Below are positions 50,207 to 58,817 of a stretch of DNA of 64,000 nt, piece by piece. Source of the stretch: Alloprevotella sp. (GTDB lineage Bacteria > Bacteroidota > Bacteroidia > Bacteroidales > Bacteroidaceae); NCBI GenBank assembly GCA_041855985.1, contig JBHAFF010000005.1, positions 24,960 to 88,959 on the forward strand. The letters run 5' to 3'. The notes beneath the pieces are model-generated. The model did no database searches, had not been told where the DNA came from, and saw nothing but the letters and a program-made list of their open reading frames with translations. Position numbers and translations under genes: made by a program. Positions within the stretch are counted from its first letter, which is position 1, and every line of letters begins with the position of its first letter.

Positions 50207-50388
50207 AAAAAGCACAACACACTGAAAAACAACCACTTGAAACTCACCCTCTTTCATCTCAGAGGGATTTCAGGCGTCCGGGATATTGGTCTTTTTTTCC
50301 GATTGGCAAGCGAGCTTTGTGCTCACGAAGGAGAGCGCCTCACCCCGATCAACGGCGAAACTCTCCCACAGAGATTACGCCCCCAACG

Positions 50389-50437
50389 AAAAGTTCCCTC
50401 CCCCGAAAGCGTTCTTTCGGTGGAGGGAAGCTTTTTT
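50389..50437. terminator. Bidirectional-type terminator
   Basis: AAAAG-TTCCCTC.CCGAAAG...CTTTCGG.GAGGGAA-GCTTTTTT. Confidence 0.8.
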
Positions 50438-50712
50438 GTTCAACTTGAAGCAGGCGGTCATGTGAAGTCAGGGGGCGGACGGTTGTCTCACGACAGCAAC
50501 GGACGTCACGCTGCTTCGACGCAAACCCACAACAGTTTTGAACGATTCACATTCTAAACTATCCTTTCTTTAATTCTTTACGCAATGTCGTTGGAATGAA
50601 ATGGAGAAGACAGATATCAGCACCCCACGGTTGTCCACACGGCTCCGCTCACTGAAAAGAGCGGAATATGGAGTGGAAAAAGGAGACTGACGAACCGTGC
50701 TTCTCGTATCGT
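50389..50712 (-). ncRNA. Candidate structured sRNA of about 320 nt
   Basis: Promoter CTTG-N20-TAACTTTGCA (50716-50749), terminator at 50389-50437, nested stems, a GUGA tetraloop and no credible ORF. Confidence 0.55.
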
Positions 50713-50891
50713 TATTGCAAAGTTATTCCTTTCCGAGGAACTGTGCAAGATTTTCCTCCACTTTTTTCCACCGAAGTGTGCATTTTTTGTCGTTATACAA
50801 GAGAAAAAGGCACGGATCCGCGTATATATCACTATTTCTCGGATATTATCAGTATATTTGCATTTCTCCCACCTCCAACCACTCCTCAAAA

Positions 50892-51524
50892 ATGCGCACC
50901 AAGCCTGACAAATCTCCTTCTGAAACACAGCCTGAAATCGAAACGCATCCCCTCCGGCCATTTCTCCCTCCCGAAGCCCACAGCCTATTTTTAGGGAGTT
51001 TTCCGCCCCCGCAGGCCAGATGGTCCATGAATTTCTTCTACCCTAATTTCCAAAACGACTTCTGGCGGATCATGGGACACCTCTATTTCGGCGACCGCCG
51101 ACACTTTGAGGTGATGGGCGCGCGACGATTTGACGAGGCGCGTGTGGTGGAGTTTGCCCGAGCGCACGGGTTGGCCTTTTTTGACACAGCAAGACGCGTG
51201 CGCCGGCTACGGGGTAATGCCTCCGATGCATCACTCGAAGTGGTCGAACCCACCGACATCGCAGCTCTTCTCGCCCCGATGCCTCAGTGCCGACGCATCG
51301 TAACCACGGGCGGAAAGGCGGGCGAGGTGCTCTGCGCCACGCTCCACGTGGCACGCCTCCCCGAGATGGGCGACAGCGTGTGGTGCCCCGCCACCACCCA
51401 CGGACTGGGTCGCGACATCGAATTCTGGCGTATGCCTTCCTCTTCACGCGCCTATCCCCTCCCCTTAGAGCGCAAAGCCGAATTTTATCACCGCCTTTTG
51501 AGAGAGGATGCACCACGACCATAA
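50892..51524 (+). CDS. Uracil/hypoxanthine-DNA glycosylase superfamily protein
   Basis: LGSFPP, FFYPN..NDFW and MPSSS motifs; promoter TATATTTGCA at about 50853. Confidence 0.85.
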   Translation: MRTKPDKSPSETQPEIETHPLRPFLPPEAHSLFLGSFPPPQARWSMNFFYPNFQNDFWRIMGHLYFGDRRHFEVMGARRFDEARVVEFARAHGLAFFDTARRVRRLRGNASDASLEVVEPTDIAALLAPMPQCRRIVTTGGKAGEVLCATLHVARLPEMGDSVWCPATTHGLGRDIEFWRMPSSSRAYPLPLERKAEFYHRLLREDAPRP

Positions 51525-51525
51525 A

Positions 51526-51560
51526 AATGCGCCGCCCATCCAAATGACAGGTGGCGCATT
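51526..51560. terminator. Hairpin between convergent genes
   Basis: AATGCGCC...GGCGCATT inverted repeat. Confidence 0.55.
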
Positions 51561-51607
51561 GTGCTGCTGCAGCAACAGTGAACAGAAGGTCTGTTGAAAC
51601 AACGGAA

Positions 51608-52036
51608 TTATTTCCGCTTCAGGTCATAGGACAAATCCTTGCCCTCAGCTTCTTCAAAGTCACTATTGACCATGCGAAGAGTACTGTCGTTCACTTCCTT
51701 GAAATAGAGGGTATCGTTCGCACCGAGGGGGAGCTTGATGCCCTTGCCCACGATAAGTTCGCCCACGCCTTGATAATGCCGGGTCTGGTCTTTGCCGTTC
51801 TCAGCTTCGAGGTAGGTCTGCGTAAGGGCGAAGTTAAGGACGCTATCGCCAGAAAGAGCGATAGTGTAACGGATGCCTGGGCCATCGGCAGCGGGCACTG
51901 TACCTTCATAGTGCAGCGTGTCGGCGACGGTTTGCGTGCTGTCAGCAGCAGCATTGGCAGCATCGGTGGAAGCAGGCTTCTGCTGACACGCCACGGTGGC
52001 CGCCAAAAGGGCGACAAGGGGGAGGAGTTTCTTCAT
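51608..52036 (-). CDS. NlpE N-terminal domain lipoprotein
   Basis: Lipobox TVAC; YEGTVPAADGPGI...L...YL and terminal YDLK. Confidence 0.85.
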   Translation of the reverse strand: MKKLLPLVALLAATVACQQKPASTDAANAAADSTQTVADTLHYEGTVPAADGPGIRYTIALSGDSVLNFALTQTYLEAENGKDQTRHYQGVGELIVGKGIKLPLGANDTLYFKEVNDSTLRMVNSDFEEAEGKDLSYDLKRK

Positions 52037-52289
52037 AATTTCTCGTGTGGGTTTTGATTATCGCCCGCAAAAATACAGAGAAAGTGGTTTGCTCCCTGCA
52101 TCTCTACTGATAAATAGCGTTAATGCCACGATCTGTGCCGCGGATTTGGCTACAGAAGGTCGTAACTTTGCAACAGGATTGTCCAGTGCATGCCCATGCA
52201 GCCGGTCAAGGCCTATAGGGTCATCTTCATGCAGCCATGGCCGGAAAACGCCGGTTAAATACACACAATCACAGTTTCTTGAACCACCG

Positions 52290-52751
52290 ATGGCATTTCC
52301 TCTCCTCAATCTTCCCGAAGCTCCCTTGCGTCTGCGGCGCAGGGCAGACGGCCGTCTGGTGGTGTTCTGCCCCCTGAGGCGACGGTGGGTAGTACTCACC
52401 GCCGAGGAGTGGGTGCGCCAGCACTTCGTTCACTTCCTGACAGCTTACCGCAATTTTCCCACCGGTCTGCTGGCCAACGAGATCGGGATTGAAGTAGGTG
52501 GTGTGTCGCGCCGTTGCGACACGGTGCTCTTTGCACGCGAAGAGGCACGACCGCGCCTCATCGTGGAGTACAAAGCTCCACACATCGCCATTAACGAAGC
52601 CGTATTCACGCAGATTCAAGGCTACAACTCTGTACTGCACGCCGACTGGATGGTGGTGAGCAACGGACTGCGCCATTTCTGCTGCCGTATGGACTATGAT
52701 GCCCGTCGCGTCACCTTCTTCCCCAAAATCCCCCATTATTCCGAGCTATGA
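52290..52751 (+). CDS. Stand-alone HsdR N-terminal (HSDR_N_2) PD-(D/E)xK domain protein
   Basis: LNLP...LT.EEWVRQH, RCD, IVEYKAP, Q...YN and SNG. Confidence 0.85.
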   Translation: MAFPLLNLPEAPLRLRRRADGRLVVFCPLRRRWVVLTAEEWVRQHFVHFLTAYRNFPTGLLANEIGIEVGGVSRRCDTVLFAREEARPRLIVEYKAPHIAINEAVFTQIQGYNSVLHADWMVVSNGLRHFCCRMDYDARRVTFFPKIPHYSEL

Positions 52752-54343
52752 CTCCGATGCCTCTCATTGCCCTGCGCCAAGCAGTTGCGCGCCATCCCGA
52801 ACGACAACTGGCCTCCCCCACAGATTTTACACTCTTTCCAGGAGAACAAGTGGCTGTAGTAGGGCGCAACGGCAGCGGAAAGACCCTCTTCACCAACCTG
52901 CTTTCGGGACAGCTTCCTCTACGGTCGGGAACGTTGCACTATTGCTTCACCAGTGAATGTCCCGAATCGGCTTATGGCAACATCGTGCATCTGACCTTCG
53001 AAGACGTGCTGGGCACAGTAGAGAAACCTTATTATTTCCAGCAGCGGTTCAACGCCCAGGATCGCGAGGAGTCGCCACGGCTGCGCACCGTCCTCCTCCG
53101 CGCATTGGAGAGTGGTGGCGAGGGGCTCACGAGCGATGAAGCGCGATGTGCCGTGGCCCGGTTCGCTGAGCGGGGCCTGGATGAGGCGAAAGCGATCGAA
53201 CACCTCTTGGCCGACAACACTTCTCTCCTCGACACCTTCGATCTCCGTCCGCTGCTCGACAAGCGGATCGTCGAACTTTCAAGTGGAGAGATGCGCCGCT
53301 ACCAGTTGGCCAAAAGCCTGCTGCGCCACCCGCGCCTGTTGATTGTAGACAGTCCTTTCATCGGATTGGATACTGAGATGCGCAGGCAGCTCGACACTTT
53401 CTTCCAACGGCTCGTTGCGGAAGGGGAAGTGCAACTGCTGATGGTGCTCTCCGACGGCTCGACTATCCCTGACTATCTCACACATGTAGTGGAGGTGGCA
53501 CAACGGAAAGTGGGGCCGAAACTCCCGCGCGCGGAGTGGCAGGAGATACAGGAAGAGCGCGCGCGGAGGTCGACACCTACCGCCGCTCTTCCCCCGGCTC
53601 TGACCTCCGCCATCGTGCAGCTGCCACCAGGTGCGCGTCCCAACCTTTCCACCCCACAAGGCGGAGGTGCAGCCACCACAGCTCCGGACGAGGTGGTGGC
53701 GGTACAGGGACTAAGTCTGCGGCTCGAAGGAGGGCGGACGCTTTATGGCGGACTGGACTGGACGGTGCGCCAAGGCGAAAGCTGGGCACTGCAAGGGCGC
53801 AACGGCAGCGGCAAGAGCACGCTCCTCTCCCTCCTCTGTGCCGACCATCCGGCAGCCTATGCCTGCCACATACGCCTCTTCGGACGGCGGCGTGGCACAG
53901 GAGAAAGCATTTGGGAGGTGAAGCAACACATCGGTTTCGTATCGCCCGAACTGCACCGCGCCTACCGCCGAAACTGCCCTGCCCTCGACATTGTAGCGTC
54001 CGGACTGCACGACAGTGTGGGATTGTACCGCCGTCCACGACCCGAACAGCACGCTGTGTGCCGTTTCTGGATGGAGGTAATGGGCATCGAAAATTTGTCA
54101 GAACGACCCTTCCTCTCACTGTCGAGCGGCGAGCAGCGGCTGGTGCTCTTGGCACGCGCCTTTGTCAAAAATCCGGCTCTCCTCATCCTCGATGAACCGT
54201 TCCATGGCCTTGACCCCGAGACGCGACGGCGGGTGCAGGAAGTGATCGCGGTGTTCTGCCACCGCCCCGACAAGACACTGATCCTTGTGAGCCACTATGC
54301 CGAGCATCTCCCCCACTTCATCGACCACCGGCTACAATTATAA
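52748..54343 (+). CDS. Dual-domain ABC ATPase, ModF-like
   Basis: Two Walker A motifs (GRNGSGK), LSSGE twice and GTGESIWEVKQHIG.VSPE. Confidence 0.88.
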   Translation: MTPMPLIALRQAVARHPERQLASPTDFTLFPGEQVAVVGRNGSGKTLFTNLLSGQLPLRSGTLHYCFTSECPESAYGNIVHLTFEDVLGTVEKPYYFQQRFNAQDREESPRLRTVLLRALESGGEGLTSDEARCAVARFAERGLDEAKAIEHLLADNTSLLDTFDLRPLLDKRIVELSSGEMRRYQLAKSLLRHPRLLIVDSPFIGLDTEMRRQLDTFFQRLVAEGEVQLLMVLSDGSTIPDYLTHVVEVAQRKVGPKLPRAEWQEIQEERARRSTPTAALPPALTSAIVQLPPGARPNLSTPQGGGAATTAPDEVVAVQGLSLRLEGGRTLYGGLDWTVRQGESWALQGRNGSGKSTLLSLLCADHPAAYACHIRLFGRRRGTGESIWEVKQHIGFVSPELHRAYRRNCPALDIVASGLHDSVGLYRRPRPEQHAVCRFWMEVMGIENLSERPFLSLSSGEQRLVLLARAFVKNPALLILDEPFHGLDPETRRRVQEVIAVFCHRPDKTLILVSHYAEHLPHFIDHRLQL

Positions 54344-54500
54344 GGAACCCCAACAGTATAGATGGATGCGGATCATGACGGACCGTTTGCAACATATGAC
54401 CCAAAATGGACAACGGTGCTCCCCTCAACCAGAACAACCAAGCACGGCACTTACAATATCTCCCCACAAAAGTTGAAATTGAGGCATCAGCCCATAGATC

Positions 54501-54541
54501 ACCCCCAGAAGGATCGGAGCGACTCCAATCCCTCTGGGGGT
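54501..54541. terminator. Long hairpin between convergent genes
   Basis: ACCCCCAGA...TCTGGGGGT with an inner GGAG/CTCC stem. Confidence 0.6.
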
Positions 54542-54597
54542 TACATTCACCTGAAAAGAAAGAGCGATGCCCCCACAAGAAGGGGGAGTGCACTCGG

Positions 54598-54912
54598 CTA
54601 ACGCCCTCTGAGGGGATAGCACGTGCAGTTTGTCAAGTGCCGGGCATGGGCTCCGCTCTGCTTGGACGCACCCACGGCATCGCAGCCCTTGGCATCATGC
54701 AGTGCGGTGCTTTTGTCCAGCTGGCGTGCATCGATCACGCGCTCATGGAGGAGAGAGTCCACTGGGCTGTCGAAGAAAATACTATCGATATAGATGTCTG
54801 AATACTTTGGTTGGTGCACAGAGCACGATATCAAGCTCGAAGCTGCAAAAAGTGCACAAACTGCTATAAAACTATAGCGAGGAATGGCAGATGCAATCGA
54901 TTTCATGGTCAA
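54598..54912 (-). CDS. Putative small lipoprotein
   Basis: Lipobox LISC after a hydrophobic stretch; upstream promoter TATATTTGCC at about 54946-54955. Confidence 0.5.
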   Translation of the reverse strand: MTMKSIASAIPRYSFIAVCALFAASSLISCSVHQPKYSDIYIDSIFFDSPVDSLLHERVIDARQLDKSTALHDAKGCDAVGASKQSGAHARHLTNCTCYPLRGR

Positions 54913-55089
54913 AGGAATAAAGCGTTCATGTTATTTGTTGTCGAGGGCAAATATAGGGAGAAACTCCGAATTCTCCAAACATTCCGCCCAGAAAATCGTC
55001 ATGAAATATGTTTTTTTACTCATTACGGCAGCATCCGTGCACAAATCCGCCAGAAATCAACATTCCACAACACACAAACCCCTGCAAAT

Positions 55090-55749
55090 TCAAAGCAGGA
55101 TTGTCAAAATCACCACCCAATGCGACAATGAGCCTATGAGCACAAACAAATGCCACACGGCATGATAGCCTCGCCGGTCGTCGTGTGCAAAGAAATAAGT
55201 GCCCGCTGTGTAGGCCAATCCCTCCAAGAGGAGTGCCACAAGTCCAGCCGTAGACAGCCCTTCCCACACGGAGCGCGCAATCAGGACACCGCTCCATCCC
55301 ATCGCGAGGTAGAGCCCCAGCGAAAGACGTGGAAAACGGTCGATAGCGGTGAGCTTATAAACCGCGCCACCCAGCACGAAGAGCCACAAAGCCGTCAGCA
55401 CCGCCCATCCGCGCCATCCGCCCACTACGCTTAGGCAAATGGGGGTGTAACTCCCGGCAATCATCGCATAGATGCTGATGTGGTCGAACTTCCGCCACCA
55501 TAGCTTCGCCACACCGGGGAGTGACCAATGGTAACACGTGGAGCAAAAATAGAGGAAGCACATGGCCAGGACGAAGATCATCATGCCCCAGCCCAGGCTC
55601 GATGAGTGGAGAAATGCGGGACGCAGGGCGGCAAAACCGCCAAGGGCAAGCAGCAGTCCACAAAAGTGGGTAAGGGTGTTGTACCGCTCTTCAAACGTGC
55701 GCTGCGCCAACTGTGCAGACAGAAGAGCAAATAAAGGAAACGGAGACAT
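55090..55749 (-). CDS. Hemolysin III / PAQR family membrane protein
   Basis: EE..N..TH, ST.YH, DH..IY..IAGSYTP and HAVWHLFV. Confidence 0.92.
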   Translation of the reverse strand: MSPFPLFALLSAQLAQRTFEERYNTLTHFCGLLLALGGFAALRPAFLHSSSLGWGMMIFVLAMCFLYFCSTCYHWSLPGVAKLWWRKFDHISIYAMIAGSYTPICLSVVGGWRGWAVLTALWLFVLGGAVYKLTAIDRFPRLSLGLYLAMGWSGVLIARSVWEGLSTAGLVALLLEGLAYTAGTYFFAHDDRRGYHAVWHLFVLIGSLSHWVVILTILL

Positions 55750-55938
55750 GGAAATGGAGCAATGATTGGATGATGCAAAGGTACACTTTTCGCGGTGGAA
55801 TTGGGAGCTTTTCGGAAGGAGTTTTCAGGAGTTGAAGCAAAAAAGCTTCATCCCCCTTGGTCAGACGCAAAATTAGTCGCAACTTTGCGATTATTGTTGC
55901 TGCATGCACAATATCTCTATTCCACTCATAAATTTATC

Positions 55939-56496
55939 ATGTCGCAAAGAATCGGAGTTTTTCTCTCTTCCTACACAGATGTTCCAGAGGCTTTTCGCAC
56001 AGCCACCGAGGCTACAGGCGCATGGATCGGAAGGACGGGGCGTACCCTCGTCTATGGCGGTTCGGGCTATGGGATGATGGAGGTGCTAGCTCGGAGCACA
56101 AAGCAGTCTGGTGGCCGTGTGTTCGGCGTAGTGCCTCAGATCGTCATTGACCGCAATGCAGTGAGCCAATGGCTTGATGTGGAATTCCGCACTGCCGACC
56201 TTCATGACCGGAAGTCTACCCTGCTGCGCGAGAGTGATGTCCTCGTAGCCCTTCCGGGCGGCATCGGCACCCTCGATGAGGTATTCACCACTCTTTCGGT
56301 CAACAGTATCGGCATCGCATCGAAACCCGTTGTCCTTTTCAATGTAGACGGTTGCTGGAACGCGCTGCTGGACACCCTTCGCCAGCTCACCGGATTGCGC
56401 CTCATCGATGACCGCCTGCACGGTTATCTCCACGTAGTGGACAGCATCGAACAACTGGATGCGCTTTGCGCCACTCTACCCTCCACACATTCCTAA
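55939..56496 (+). CDS. LOG family phosphoribohydrolase (TIGR00730-like)
   Basis: LVYGG..GMM, RK and PGGIGTLDE; start MSQRIGVF. Confidence 0.9.
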   Translation: MSQRIGVFLSSYTDVPEAFRTATEATGAWIGRTGRTLVYGGSGYGMMEVLARSTKQSGGRVFGVVPQIVIDRNAVSQWLDVEFRTADLHDRKSTLLRESDVLVALPGGIGTLDEVFTTLSVNSIGIASKPVVLFNVDGCWNALLDTLRQLTGLRLIDDRLHGYLHVVDSIEQLDALCATLPSTHS

Positions 56497-56516
56497 ACTC
56501 CTTTACTGCTCTCACC

Positions 56517-57074
56517 ATGAAACCCTCATCCAAAGCCCCCACTCCTCGTCATCACAACCGGCCTCTCATCATCTTCGTGTTGCTCGCCACCCTCGTGGTC
56601 ATCGGTGGCTATTGGTATCAACAGAAACACGCTGTGCCCATTTCCGAAATCAACTCCTACCCTGCCACCGACTCACTTCGAGCAAAACATCTGGCCGAGG
56701 GCGAAGCTTTCCTAAAAGCCAAAGCCCAGGAGGCAGGTGTCCACAGCCTGGGTGCAGGGTTACTCTACAAAGAACTGACTGCGGGCAGTGGCACCGCGCC
56801 CACAAGTGAGAGCACGGTACGCGTGCACTACGAAGGTCGTCTGGTGAACGGGACGGTATTCGACAGCAGCTATCAGCGCGGCCAACCGGCCGAGTTCCCC
56901 GTGAACGGCGTTGTGGCCGGCTGGCAAATTGCCCTCAAAGCCATGAAGCCTGGGGCGGTATGGGAACTCTACATCCCCCACTACCTCGCCTACGGCGAAA
57001 GCGGCAGCGGATCGAACATCCCGCCTTGCTCGGCCCTCATCTTCAAAATCGAGCTACTGGGAGTTCAACCTTAG
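56517..57074 (+). CDS. Membrane-anchored FKBP-type peptidyl-prolyl isomerase
   Basis: N-terminal transmembrane segment; VHYEG.L.NGTVFDSS, LAYG and IPP..LIFKIEL. Confidence 0.92.
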   Translation: MKPSSKAPTPRHHNRPLIIFVLLATLVVIGGYWYQQKHAVPISEINSYPATDSLRAKHLAEGEAFLKAKAQEAGVHSLGAGLLYKELTAGSGTAPTSESTVRVHYEGRLVNGTVFDSSYQRGQPAEFPVNGVVAGWQIALKAMKPGAVWELYIPHYLAYGESGSGSNIPPCSALIFKIELLGVQP

Positions 57075-57317
57075 TTGTTGGCAATCAGGCGTCAAAAGCC
57101 TTCTAAACCCTACGGCCTATAAGCCAAAAGCCTCCTCCCTAACACCTCACAAACCTCTCTTCAGACTGCCTACGGACTAACGTCAAAAAACGAGCGTTGC
57201 TCCTGTCCAAATTATCAAATCGCACTTTTTTCGCCAGAAAATCCGAATTTTGTTTGGTGTTTTCGCGAGAAACCATTACTTTCGCAGCCATCCAATCACA
57301 CTAAACTCTCCACTCCC

Positions 57318-57377
57318 ATGACTACTCTCGTGAATGTATGCTTCTGGTGGCGCAACTCAAGATATCTTTTATCGTGA
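57318..57377 (+). CDS. trpL: Trp operon leader peptide MTTLVNVCFWWRNSRYLLS
   Basis: Manual translation; tandem TGG TGG codons upstream of a terminator and trpB. Confidence 0.88.
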   Translation: MTTLVNVCFWWRNSRYLLS

Positions 57378-57419
57378 GTCGCTTGCCTGTGTCCATTCAC
57401 CAGACCGAATAAGATCAAT

Positions 57420-57455
57420 CGGGGCTTGTCGTATCTCGCGGCAAGCCCCGTTTTT
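57420..57455 (+). terminator. Trp attenuator terminator
   Basis: CGGGGCTTGTCG-loop-CGGCAAGCCCCG-TTTTT. Confidence 0.9.
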
Positions 57456-57584
57456 GTACCCTCTTCGGAACGTTTCCAACAGGCCAACGGGCCATTCCCA
57501 AGCGAGGCAAGAGCCTTGCGTCATGCCACGCGGCCAAAAACGTCTGTCATACACGGACATTTACCCCACACATTCTACAACACC

Positions 57585-58817
57585 ATGTCTCAGTTCAACA
57601 TCGATGCCCACGGCTTTTACGGCGAATTTGGCGGAGCTTACATCCCCGAAATCTTGTACCACACCATCGAAGACCTTAAAGCACGCTATCTCAACATCCT
57701 CGAGAGCGAAGCGTTCCAACAGGAATACCACGCCCTGCTCCGCGACTATGTGGGTCGCCCCAGTCCACTCTACCACGCCCGGAGACTGAGCGAGAAATAC
57801 GGGTGCAAGATCTATCTGAAACGCGAGGATTTGAACCACACCGGCGCCCACAAGATCAACAATGCCATCGGCCAAATTCTCCTCGCCAAGAATCTGGGTA
57901 AGCAGCGCATCATCGCCGAGACAGGAGCCGGACAACATGGTGTGGCCACAGCCACCGCCTGCGCCTTGATGGACATGCCCTGCATTGTCTACATGGGTGC
58001 CACAGATGTGGAACGCCAACACGTCAATGTCGAGCGCATGAAGATGCTGGGAGCAGAAGTGCGCTCCGTACACAGCGGTAACCAAACACTAAAAGATGCG
58101 GTGAATGAAGCCATCCGCGACTGGTGTTCCCACCCTTCCGATACTTTCTACATCCTCGGATCGGCCGTTGGCCCCCACCCTTATCCCGACATGGTGGCAC
58201 GGTTACAGAGCGTGATCAGCAAAGAGATCCGCTGGCAGCTCCAAGAGAAGGAAGGACGCGACTACCCCGACTTTCTCATGGCCTGTCTAGGAGGTGGCTC
58301 GAACGCCTCGGGCACGGTGTACCACTACCTCGATGACCTCCGCGTAAAGTTTGTGCTCGGCGAAGCGGGTGGCCATGGCGTGCAGAGCGGTGAGACCGCT
58401 GCCACCCTCCATACGGGAAGTCTGGGCATCCTCCATGGCAGTCGAACCATCGTGATGCAGGACGATGACGGACAGGTGGTCGAACCTTATAGTATATCTG
58501 CCGGCTTAGATTATCCCGGTATCGGGCCGCTCTTTGCCCATCTGGCCAGTACGGCGCGGGCCACCGTCCTCTCTGTGAACGACGACGAGGCACTCCGCTC
58601 CGCTTTCGAGCTGACCCGCCTGGAAGGCATCATTCCCGCCCTCGAAAGCAGTCACGCTCTGGCACTCCTCCCCCGCTGCCGCTTCAAGCCCACCGATGTG
58701 GTAGTGCTCACTGTCAGTGGCCGTGGTGACAAAGACCTCGCCACCTATCTCGCACACAAAGACGAAATCCTCAGAACAACCCCATCACACCCCTCCAACA
58801 CCATCCCCCAGCCATGA
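57585..58817 (+). CDS. trpB: Tryptophan synthase beta chain
   Basis: KREDLNHTGAHKINN, ETGAGQHG and SGRGDKD; start MSQFNID. Confidence 0.97.
   Translation: MSQFNIDAHGFYGEFGGAYIPEILYHTIEDLKARYLNILESEAFQQEYHALLRDYVGRPSPLYHARRLSEKYGCKIYLKREDLNHTGAHKINNAIGQILLAKNLGKQRIIAETGAGQHGVATATACALMDMPCIVYMGATDVERQHVNVERMKMLGAEVRSVHSGNQTLKDAVNEAIRDWCSHPSDTFYILGSAVGPHPYPDMVARLQSVISKEIRWQLQEKEGRDYPDFLMACLGGGSNASGTVYHYLDDLRVKFVLGEAGGHGVQSGETAATLHTGSLGILHGSRTIVMQDDDGQVVEPYSISAGLDYPGIGPLFAHLASTARATVLSVNDDEALRSAFELTRLEGIIPALESSHALALLPRCRFKPTDVVVLTVSGRGDKDLATYLAHKDEILRTTPSHPSNTIPQP

Noticed and set aside
52173-52289. Moco riboswitch in the leader of the HsdR_N/ModF-like operon
   Set aside because: The leader has short stems but lacks the conserved Moco motif elements; no modABC nearby.
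52290-52751. Type I restriction-modification or defence system
   Set aside because: Only a stand-alone HsdR N-terminal domain, common in Bacteroidota; no hsdM, hsdS or helicase.
55090-55749. Hemolysin virulence factor
   Set aside because: The HlyIII/PAQR family is ubiquitous; the name is not evidence of a toxin.
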